The notes under the pieces are model-generated. The model ran no database searches, was not told the origin of the DNA, and saw only the letters and a program-made list of their open reading frames with translations. 64,000 bases of DNA from a virus: positions 16,668 to 80,667 of IMG/VR virus record IMGVR_UViG_3300028423_001161; one strand, 5' to 3'. Position numbers and translations under genes: made by a program. Below are positions 57,201-64,000 of the stretch, in pieces; positions within the stretch are counted from its first letter, which is position 1, and each line of letters opens with the position of its first letter.

Positions 57201-59413
57201 AAGTGTTCACTGACGACACTAACACCACGTTGGCCACAGAGCTTAGACTGTTTTTGGAAGCACTCAGGGACATTGTTTTTGATGGTACAGAACTGTGGAA
57301 CACTTTCTTCTTTGAAATGGTCAAACATGCACACATGGAGCAACAGCAACTGAGCTGGGCATTCAAAACCACGTTCTTGTATGTAGACAAAGAAGAAGAG
57401 GACCTAGTCAAGTTCACAGGATTCAAAGCAGACAACTTCCAGAAAGTTCTGGATTATATGAATGAAGTTAAGCCTTACAGTGCCAAGATACGCGAGTACA
57501 AGGATACCAAACGTGCGCCTGTTGAACTCATTGGACAAAACAACATCAGTGACTACGATAAGCCGCCATATGCTGATCCCAACACAGGTGAAGTACGTTC
57601 ATTGAACACACGCGATGTGGTTGATTGGCAAATCATGAGCAGTGACAGCAGATACATTGACTATTTCACTGCACTTGCCAGCAGTGATACATCACCGTTG
57701 CGTAAAGCAACCACACGTCTGACCTTTGATAGAACACACTGGCAACCCACAGAACTAGATTGGAATCCACTGTTGACCACAATCAATCAAAGCATGGCCA
57801 ACAACATGGCTGCCCTCAACAGCGGCAGTGTGGCAGAAGCTGATCAGAGAGCCATTGATAGAATATTCTTGTATGACAGCGAACTAAGAACAGTGTTTGC
57901 CAATGAGGTCAACATCTACTTTGGTGATCCCACAGACTTTGACAGTGTGATAGCAGACAGCGCCAAGTTGTTGGAAATTTTAGAAGCCGGACAGCTCAAT
58001 CGCACACTGGCCATGCTCAAAGACAAAGTTGGCGGCAATTGGCGCGGCGAAACACTAGATGCTAACGGCTTTAACAGTTTCTTGGATAGTGTCGACTACA
58101 TCAGTGATATTATCACCGAGTTTGGGTTCGACAGCGAACCATGGGACGAGAACACAGACAATGATGTAGTTGAACAGAATGTGGTCTTCGACAATGATGC
58201 AGGGGTTTACACTGTGATCAACAATGACTTGCCTGGTGCAATTGGCATAGGAGATCAGTCATGGGACAGCGTCAAGCAGATCGTTGACTATGAGGGAGTG
58301 TTCAACACCGAAACACAAGGCAACGTCACACTGGTGCGCAACGGTGAACTCTACGAAGGATTTGATGCTACCACATTCCAGCGCGTGCTCTATGGCGAAG
58401 AGCGACCCGAAGAAATGGCTGTGTTTGGCCCCCTGGAGAACCTGATTGTCACAGTTACTACAACTCCATATGAACTAGGCAATGTGGAACTTGAACAAGT
58501 TTCTACCAGTGCAGCCAATGTCACCTATCGCATACACGAAAATTTATTTGGCGGCACAGATTACCTGCGCATCAGCAACCAAACAAGCACTGTGTTGAGC
58601 AAAGAATTCAACACTTACAGTGATCAGATAGAACTCAACGATGGTGGATTCTTGCCTGATGTAACTTCACAGGATCCTGGTGCTGTGTGGATTGGCACTG
58701 AGTTGGTGTACTACGGTTATCGCAACGGCAATGTGCTCAGTTTACTCACCCGAGGGGCACTAGGCACAACTATTCAGGATCATTCTCAGGGAACTGCTGT
58801 ATATAGTGCAGACGAGTCGGAGACGTTCAATCATCTTAATCCGCGTGCTAACATTTGGCTAGATGTTGGTCGAGTATATGACAGTGGCGATCTCTGGGAC
58901 CAGGGTGTTCTCACTGGCCCCGGTGCAGATGGCAAGTTTGGAACACCCGAAGATGTTGATGCATATCTTGATGATGAATATGACACGCTGGATGCCTGGG
59001 ACGAAATTGCAAATTCCAATATCACAGTTGCCACTGTTGATGGTTCTGTGACTGCCGTGACCAATGCAAACACTGTGGCAGAAATCACACTAGCCGCCAA
59101 TTTATCGCTTGAGGTCAACGAAGCCGTGCGTGTAACAAACTCAAATATAGCAGATGTAGTGAGAGTTTCCAGCATAGACTCCAGTGGTAGCAATATCACA
59201 ATCACTGCCAGTTACACAGAGGAACTTGACTCCAACGTGTTTGTGGCAAACGCCAACATCACTGTAAGTGCATTTGATTATGGGGCACAGTCAAATGCAG
59301 ATTTCTGGGATGCAGCAAATGTGACAGTAGACACTGCAAGGAGTCTTGCTGATAGGTCAAATGCTGATTTCACAGCAACTACCAGCATTATGAAATTTTT
59401 GCATAGATTATAA
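51203..59413 (+). CDS. Giant virion structural protein (2736 aa)
   Basis: GGSGYRIGD repeats, VGKVWWDTSTVRYEWYEQG, VPDPTL..RPRQSMF, EVKPYSAKIREY, LTRGALGT. Confidence 0.75.
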   Translation: MKNIQPSTSSKQRFNEVPYPFVTQSQYQKFLNCIDSENLSLSADGLGFTAEQLRCAAKVLGTCPPGYQSRCENLNIQQQVDTPILSPAPGVNPANARSSVRVPTDNSNLAVSDSRTSVFRKGQYTTSFGSSDAGTQATNSQKTYMPSSFVKPKQQLITREQYGFVADLDNDRFVSDTAQRVSGGYVVPLSQSLQTASRTPRAIKNIELQNQPWAQGLQSLNNLNDTASSIRINPKRIGSKVNIGQRPIDNVVPGRKSIDTPQGTVSNSSFTGPAFDQPVAEDVTGSTIDSEGNSTALGKAIDNLESNQNSDNATSAGNSVIDTENIRFNNVPEVEITPLVLDDSGDYVPAGQTAIARLSKPTPEYTVTGESMLGIPENSEVYFNGQKVIIRGNDPRDIATQVNCANINLTARTTRGAGGQPDVVISSCDGSPWTVANGCAGGRYKQVGDFHINRGFEQQTNLSETSSLTNNATVIPASLSSFTNSNGTGQRNPFQVIGADGDPVLQTSDSGGLPNRSDYIRYFPTPDATGPGVTSLLPQDTQTFTENRVFSTGGSGYRIGDRLRLVGGTPVNSSKAPLTVICIDSAGAGYTDPANLEVIINSDGNAPGIGASAVVTELDESGGIADIQVINQGAGYDVQNPPTIEIRDRSPLSQDLTDISAAWPEEVTLDGGSIVRILAEQDIDDPSGESAGQRAFFTRFVRTTAPVQFGTSNSYTRTISHSGNLSGSEIGMYFQENAAQQSLALVLDQEIAELDENIRRFSYIGISVDGGQEQLYWIPDLSTTEGAGDRYPNFAGVVTLESAFDSQQDVEAAFPEGSTVSIRVKTPWWKNLVPGNNGERPTLVDTVDPRVQKVPAQLSAKIGIRPDAVNNPDSLENTNSAFLDGYSGLAGPLRVAKFIVTAVDNEGGITALRVIDRGLYKIFPSDLTYGIPLEYDYESQGLATLSESGTSIDSTQRYRLLGVGDPARDNIGYGPGHPEYQSYSYIGDGSNIAYVGSAADQAPTDTAGTTTTDSSSSETRSVGEPDPDTFTATTNPLSTQDCDGVQYGRLSWNNSDLTATTAEADTPGSWTGTTLEVGDRIAFQASFGDARWYEGRVTRNDSGRFGWSVLDNEPPNLASWARQFRFGVVIGEHCLYSTQEIVAPPPPPPEDDNDTGGGTTPPPTEDDTLDPPEPGTTPESRFFTPFKHPNWAIYPEFYWDGQRYQVYEGSPGDYDPSTFVIVNTDGLLDEYGDEDIPQSEWPSIASEAAEQGKLLRKIYRIDRNPLNENTFGQYAPGRPIAGGTGARLFLTSEEVPDCSEKSTAKESLGMPDVVDEINAPNAITRALNDALESAGYAPEDIEFSVTPVGDLSKISLDTPFNGVSIDSPTPGFLEKLGIPAGTYNTGILCLEGELADPDLSNEQALALVRQLYDDPANNLGLLDNQRLADIIPNDPDALNDPSYVLNLLCIGRLGRLLPQPNGGVAGPLNDNNSVFNDALPSRIQELYQYDIVNLYGESVTLSGSQRQQAPVNIFESKRFNDSNRIEDTANTIGLIVDQSDSSNVTVVGSETALEDTALSAEPNAWVDNYQGQGWAYLENGVVQLRQEPLVDIKAIDSAQMYQAETGETALQLNFWDPFKGVLPGFIQNEIHFISDEDPVSYNNARTMFGRNTVGKVWWDTSTVRYEWYEQGSNQQRRDRWGRAFPGSSITVCEWVESTALPANWNGNGIPRWADRYITERRQDPDTGEYQLYYYYWVQNRSVIDDRIARKWNRQWDTQTIARYISNPVGYGVSLINFVSNDGITLNNTKNSISDEDHHLQVNFDRNLNPNGLKHTAWKLMRDGDSRSTVPEHLADKLIDSLCGENALGQPVPDPTLSVVERLGIKFRPRQSMFRDAKAARRVMASTLNRILSNTKVRSEHPNWDSSLPSQRTYVQTRNWYAVLRVDPTTNEQILYDDSYKPVLNVDSVSDLFKLNDLPDGTVVQVIGSKDDNNQLWQYIAREQDFRQISIFDETVALADQVFTDDTNTTLATELRLFLEALRDIVFDGTELWNTFFFEMVKHAHMEQQQLSWAFKTTFLYVDKEEEDLVKFTGFKADNFQKVLDYMNEVKPYSAKIREYKDTKRAPVELIGQNNISDYDKPPYADPNTGEVRSLNTRDVVDWQIMSSDSRYIDYFTALASSDTSPLRKATTRLTFDRTHWQPTELDWNPLLTTINQSMANNMAALNSGSVAEADQRAIDRIFLYDSELRTVFANEVNIYFGDPTDFDSVIADSAKLLEILEAGQLNRTLAMLKDKVGGNWRGETLDANGFNSFLDSVDYISDIITEFGFDSEPWDENTDNDVVEQNVVFDNDAGVYTVINNDLPGAIGIGDQSWDSVKQIVDYEGVFNTETQGNVTLVRNGELYEGFDATTFQRVLYGEERPEEMAVFGPLENLIVTVTTTPYELGNVELEQVSTSAANVTYRIHENLFGGTDYLRISNQTSTVLSKEFNTYSDQIELNDGGFLPDVTSQDPGAVWIGTELVYYGYRNGNVLSLLTRGALGTTIQDHSQGTAVYSADESETFNHLNPRANIWLDVGRVYDSGDLWDQGVLTGPGADGKFGTPEDVDAYLDDEYDTLDAWDEIANSNITVATVDGSVTAVTNANTVAEITLAANLSLEVNEAVRVTNSNIADVVRVSSIDSSGSNITITASYTEELDSNVFVANANITVSAFDYGAQSNADFWDAANVTVDTARSLADRSNADFTATTSIMKFLHRL

Positions 59414-59438
59414 CAGCAGGTCTGGAGCTCTACACAGT

Positions 59439-59446
59439 GATAAATA
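59439..59446 (+). promoter_or_regulatory. Late promoter GATAAATA
   Basis: Exact motif 5 nt before the ATG at 59452. Confidence 0.7.
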
Positions 59447-59451
59447 ACAGC

Positions 59452-60111
59452 ATGAACCAGCCAAAAAACAAGGATACACCAGAGAATATGAATTCACAAC
59501 ACACAACACCTGATGATAACGCAGGCATCAATGTCAGTGGCCATATACTGATCCGAGACGCAGAAACCGGCGAAGAGCTGGTCAACAAACGCAATGCCAT
59601 ACACTACGGCAATATGGCAAACACAGTGGCACAGTTGTTAGCCAACGACCCATCAACTCCTTATATTCACTATATGGCCTTTGGTAATGGTGCAACCAGT
59701 GTAGACACTGCAGGTCGTGTGGTGTACAAGACTCCCCGAGTGACAGAAGCACTGGAAAGCGGTGCTAATCTGTACAGCAGAACCTATTTCAAGGTTGTTA
59801 GCAACACCAGCGAAAATCAACAACAGGATCAAAACAGAATAGATGTTATTCCGGGTGTGAGCTACACTGATCTCAAGGTAACCTGCACCCTGGGATTTGG
59901 TGAGCCATCAGGCCAGGATATTTTTGATAGCAGCATCAACAACGACGGTGATTATGTGTTTGACGAATTGGCACTGTTTACATATCCTTCGGACACAACC
60001 GAAGAGATTGACAGCAGTAACATGCTCACACATGTGATTTTTCACCCAGTGCAGAAGAGCACAAACCGCATCATTGAGATTGTTTATACTGTGAGAATTC
60101 AGCTCAGCTAA
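59452..60111 (+). CDS. Baseplate/tail-fibre attachment-type structural protein
   Basis: LVNKRNAIH, FDELALF, MLTHVIFHPVQKSTNRIIEIVYTVRI. The start was moved from GTG 59437, which overlaps the promoter, to ATG 59452. Confidence 0.6.
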   Translation: MNQPKNKDTPENMNSQHTTPDDNAGINVSGHILIRDAETGEELVNKRNAIHYGNMANTVAQLLANDPSTPYIHYMAFGNGATSVDTAGRVVYKTPRVTEALESGANLYSRTYFKVVSNTSENQQQDQNRIDVIPGVSYTDLKVTCTLGFGEPSGQDIFDSSINNDGDYVFDELALFTYPSDTTEEIDSSNMLTHVIFHPVQKSTNRIIEIVYTVRIQLS

Positions 60112-60123
60112 AAAGGAACTATA

Positions 60124-62256
60124 GTGGCATACGTAATCGACACCAGAAGCGGACAGCAAATTTTAATTGAAGATAACTCTCTCAACGAAGAGTTTTCTAT
60201 CAAACTGGTAGGACGTAACTATTCCAACTATGGGGAACCTATTGCTGAAAACTTCGTAGACTTGCTGACCAGTTTTGGCAACGACTCTCCGCCTGCACGA
60301 GCCGTGCAAGGACAGGTTTGGTGGGACACAGGCACCCAACAGCTCAGAGTATATGACGAAAGCGCGCAGTGGCGCAGTGCGTCAAGCGTTAGACTGTTCA
60401 GCAATGGCGAGCCAACAGGCAACACCAGTGCACCTAACAATCCTGGGTCTATGTATTTTGCCCCTGATCTAGGAAAACTTTTTGTTCACAACAACACAGA
60501 ATTTGTGCCCGCTGTTGTTCCTGGCGAGGTCATTGACCCCAACAACTATCTGAGCAACAGTCTTGCTAGTGTGCCCAGTGGTGTAACTTCAATGTTTGGT
60601 ACACGTCTGCAGAATATTTTCATCAACGATAGCACAGACATTTATCGTGCTGTGCTAGCTGTAAATTATCAAGGCAACAGTGAAAACACTGTTGCTGTGT
60701 TCAACGGCGACAGTGACTTTGAAGTAAACACCAGTTCCTTGCATTTCAGCGAAGGCGAAACATTGCAGGGCGCCGGCGATTATATCACACAACTCACCGA
60801 TTCAGATAATCTAGGCACAACCATCTATCGTGGTCTGAATGTGCACGATGCTGCTATTTCAGCTCTGCGCGTCAATGATTCTGTAACGCCGTTGAACAAC
60901 AGTGCTGTGATAGGCTCTATGAGCAATCCTTTTGAGCACGGTTATTTTGAAACTGTCACAGGCAATGTTACAGGCAATCTTGTGGGCAATGTGCTGGCAG
61001 GTGATGCCAACACAATTATCCTAGACAATGGCACAGATGGCACAGACGCAGAGTTCACAGGCAATGTAGTAGGTCAAGTCTCAGATATATCAAATCACAG
61101 CACCACTGATTTGTCTGAGGGCAACAATCTCTATTACACCACAGAGCGTGTGAGAACCAACGTGAGTGTGGACGCACAGAGCAATCTGTTGTACAACAAT
61201 GTCACAGGTGTATTCAATCATCAGCTAACCACAGACGATGTTGCCGAAGGTGATAACCTCTATTATACCACTGCCCGAGTGAGGGCAAATGTCAGTGCAA
61301 CAAACACAGGCACAGGCTTCGGTGATCTCAGCTATGACGAGCCTAACGGTGTTTTCTCATATGATAGAGTAACCACAGCTGAAATACGAGACCAACTGTC
61401 AGCAGGCACAGGAATCTCATACAACACTGCTACTGGCTCTATCGCTGCCGATGAAGCCAACATTGACCATGACAGCCTTGGAGGGTTTGTAGCAGGAGAA
61501 CATGTCAATCACAACACTGTGAGTATTATTGCAGGCAACGGCCTGGCAGGAGGCGGCAATATTTCAGCCAGCCGCACACTAAACATCGGCGAGGGCTATG
61601 GCATTGATGTAGACAACGACAGCATCTCAGTGGATAACACACAAATACGTCAACTGTTTAGCATCAATTCCAGTGACCAAACTGTGTTATCGTTTGACAC
61701 AGGCACTGGTGTGATTTCTTTTCTAGGCGACACAGATGTAGCAACCAGTAATCTAGGCACATGGGTGAGAACAGCAAATGTTTCACAGGATGTGTTTGGA
61801 GTCAAGTCATGGAAAGACGAAGTTAGATTTGAAAATCCTGGTTCAGGAAATAACATAGTGTTCTCCAATGACCCCACTGTAGCCTATGGTGATCCTGGGC
61901 TCACATTCAATGGCTCAAGCGGAAGCGTGGAATTTGGTTCCACTGGATCTATTGTGGCCAGCGACGATATCACTGCTTTTTCGGATCGCAAGCTCAAGAC
62001 CAATCTTGAACAGATTGAAAATGCGCTTGACAAGGTCACTGAGCTCACAGGATATATCTATGAGAGAATCGAACAGCCAGGACACAAGCACACTGGATTG
62101 ATTGCTCAGGATGTAGAAAAAGTCTTACCAGAAGCAGTGAGCGACAACGATGGCACGCTGTCAGTGGCCTATGGCAACCTTATGGGACTAATGGTAGAAG
62201 CCATTAAAGAACTCAAACAGGAAGTACAGTCGCTCAAACAACAGCGCGGCGAGTAA
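60124..62256 (+). CDS. Tail fibre protein with C-terminal peptidase S74 chaperone
   Basis: N-terminal LVGRNYSNYGEPIAENFVDLL..F, TTDLSEGNNLYYT repeats, and SDRKLKTN...GLIAQDVEKVLPEAV...VAYGNLMGLMVEAIKEL; GTG start with AAGGA RBS. Confidence 0.88.
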   Translation: MAYVIDTRSGQQILIEDNSLNEEFSIKLVGRNYSNYGEPIAENFVDLLTSFGNDSPPARAVQGQVWWDTGTQQLRVYDESAQWRSASSVRLFSNGEPTGNTSAPNNPGSMYFAPDLGKLFVHNNTEFVPAVVPGEVIDPNNYLSNSLASVPSGVTSMFGTRLQNIFINDSTDIYRAVLAVNYQGNSENTVAVFNGDSDFEVNTSSLHFSEGETLQGAGDYITQLTDSDNLGTTIYRGLNVHDAAISALRVNDSVTPLNNSAVIGSMSNPFEHGYFETVTGNVTGNLVGNVLAGDANTIILDNGTDGTDAEFTGNVVGQVSDISNHSTTDLSEGNNLYYTTERVRTNVSVDAQSNLLYNNVTGVFNHQLTTDDVAEGDNLYYTTARVRANVSATNTGTGFGDLSYDEPNGVFSYDRVTTAEIRDQLSAGTGISYNTATGSIAADEANIDHDSLGGFVAGEHVNHNTVSIIAGNGLAGGGNISASRTLNIGEGYGIDVDNDSISVDNTQIRQLFSINSSDQTVLSFDTGTGVISFLGDTDVATSNLGTWVRTANVSQDVFGVKSWKDEVRFENPGSGNNIVFSNDPTVAYGDPGLTFNGSSGSVEFGSTGSIVASDDITAFSDRKLKTNLEQIENALDKVTELTGYIYERIEQPGHKHTGLIAQDVEKVLPEAVSDNDGTLSVAYGNLMGLMVEAIKELKQEVQSLKQQRGE

Positions 62257-62259
62257 GTC

Positions 62260-64000
62260 ATGAGTGGGCTACAAAAACCCATCACACTCAGCGATATACA
62301 GCAGGAGTTTTCTCAGGGCGGCGAAATACCCGGCAGAGGTAATAGTCTCAGGGATTACAGAGGAATTAGGGTATTTGATCATGTGCTAAATGATGTGGTT
62401 GTTTTGCCCTCGGCTCCAACCGAACTTGGTTTTAGCGATTTTGAGAATCGCAGCTTTCATCCTAACTGGCAGTATGAGGGCGCCGACATTGTGTTTGACA
62501 CACAGCCACGTTCCGCAAGTGTTTTTGCCAACAACGGAGTAGCTGAGTTTGTAGTAAACGTCAACATTTCTCAGCCAGAAAATCCCAAGGATCCTACTCG
62601 ACCAGGAATCACAGGACCTGAGCCTAGACTGGGTGCTACCACCTTTGAGTGGCAGTTACAAGAGCCAGGAGACACCACATGGCAAACTGTGCAAACCACA
62701 AACACATTTGGTGATCAAAGTGTGTTAGATATTTCTCTAGACTGGAACGGTGGTGCTGTGTTAGATCTCAGTGGCAACAAATATCGCTGTGTGATTACAA
62801 GCACAGTGATTGCACCAGATGAAGTCACAGGCATTGACAGCACTGTGGCTACTTCTCAGGTGATTTCCAATGAAGCTACTTTAACAGTGACTCTAGCGAA
62901 CTTTGACACACCTGTAAACACATTCACCACAGTGCAAGCACAGGTGAGAAATCCTGTGATAATTGAAGGCACAAGCGAGTTGTTCAGCAGAGGATCTGTG
63001 CGAGTGTTTTTCTCAGGAGGCCCTGCAGGAGTAAACTTTGATAGTGCCGCGCCTGGCAGACGCATTGTGAGTCAAAGCAATATTGTGTTCTGGGAAATAC
63101 GAGACAACGCTAGTTCGGCATTTGAGCCAGTGCCCACGTCATGGTTGGTATCAGGTGGCTATGATGGTTTACAGATATCAAACATTTCTGGCACAGATCT
63201 CAATGGCTCACAGCTAAGAGCAGTGTTTTCTGCGTCTATGACTCAGACACCGCCAGGTGAGACCAAGTCAGACACTGATCTCACAAACATTGTCACACTG
63301 TCAGTGCAGTTTGATGAACGTCCGCCTCAACCACCAGAGCCAGTTGTTACAACTGAAACAGAAACCTTGGTGGAAACTGACACAGAAACTATTAGAAACA
63401 GAGTTGCCGGCGAAGTGTTTTTGGATAGAACAGAAGTAGACGTAGATGAAGTTGAAGAAGTGGTCCTTGGCGGTACATTTTTAAGAACCACAACAACCAC
63501 GACTACAACAAAATTCTTTTCTCAGGGATTCACAACCACAGACACCACGCAGGAAACAACAAAAATCTTTGAGCGTACAATCACAACCACTTCATTCTTT
63601 GATGGCACCAGAGATGTCGATGTTGGTTCCTATGAGCTGGTCAATACTTCTACGGTTGTTTTGGACGTTGATGTACAAGAACAGATCAAGCGTGATATTG
63701 ATGTAACAACAAATGTGGATGTAGAGAGCTCGCTTACTCCTATCGAGCCAGAGCCACCGCCACCGCCGGAAACATACACAGGCACATTAGTGGGCATTGA
63801 GCCATTGCAGAGTTTTCCTGCTATACAGTTTGTGAACCCAAATAATATTCCTGCATGTGGTTCTTCGTGCACAGGCACAGGCGACGGCAGTGTGAGTCAG
63901 CCCAGCGGTACATGCTTTATTGAGTATGGATTTTCCAACAAATTTGTGACCATATACACTGCAGTATGCTCAGCAACAGGCGGGTCGCCGCCTCCTACTC
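62260..64000 (+). CDS. Fibre-tip/adhesin-like protein with Ig-like domains (3' end outside window)
   Basis: The 5' part translated by hand gives MSGLQKPITLSDIQQEF..SLRDY..LGFSDFEN, then Ig-like TQPRS..FEWQ..KYRCVIT..SNEATLTV. No stop was seen, and its absence from the ORF track is consistent with running off the edge. Confidence 0.65.
   Translation, partial: MSGLQKPITLSDIQQEFSQGGEIPGRGNSLRDYRGIRVFDHVLNDVVVLPSAPTELGFSDFENRSFHPNWQYEGADIVFDTQPRSASVFANNGVAEFVVNVNISQPENPKDPTRPGITGPEPRLGATTFEWQLQEPGDTTWQTVQTTNTFGDQSVLDISLDWNGGAVLDLSGNKYRCVITSTVIAPDEVTGIDSTVATSQVISNEATLTVTLANFDTPVNTFTTVQAQVRNPVIIEGTSELFSRGSVRVFFSGGPAGVNFDSAAPGRRIVSQSNIVFWEIRDNASSAFEPVPTSWLVSGGYDGLQISNISGTDLNGSQLRAVFSASMTQTPPGETKSDTDLTNIVTLSVQFDERPPQPPEPVVTTETETLVETDTETIRNRVAGEVFLDRTEVDVDEVEEVVLGGTFLRTTTTTTTTKFFSQGFTTTDTTQETTKIFERTITTTSFFDGTRDVDVGSYELVNTSTVVLDVDVQEQIKRDIDVTTNVDVESSLTPIEPEPPPPPETYTGTLVGIEPLQSFPAIQFVNPNNIPACGSSCTGTGDGSVSQPSGTCFIEYGFSNKFVTIYTAVCSATGGSPPPT

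Noticed and set aside
35175-59413. Inteins or introns explaining the giant ORFs
   Set aside because: No intein splice motifs or LAGLIDADG/HNH blocks were noticed; the size is explained by repeats and inserted domains.

Overview
This 64-kb window comes from a large T4-superfamily (gp55-type) myovirus genome using the standard genetic code, and it is almost entirely the virion morphogenesis region. The minus strand from 1 to 17.5 kb carries three fibre/spike genes with autocleaving chaperone domains, a small virion protein, a heme-oxygenase-like accessory gene, the head module (gp23, gp22, gp21, an acidic core protein, gp20) and a tape-measure-like gene. A gp26-like gene at 17.6-18.7 kb appears to be extended into a gp51-like frame by a -1 slippery site. 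A 630-bp structured non-coding region follows, directly downstream of a stand-alone GIY-YIG nuclease, and then gp46, gp47 and gp55. The plus strand from 23.6 kb to the end holds the baseplate module (gp48/54-like, gp53, gp27-like, gp5, gp25, gp6), three consecutive large virion genes (4699, 636 and 2736 aa) and tail fibre genes. A GATAAATA late-promoter motif recurs throughout. The best candidates for undescribed biology are the GIY-YIG plus structured-RNA/repeat locus (18.7-19.75 kb) and the predicted programmed frameshift at 18451. All calls come from reading motifs by eye; no searches were run.
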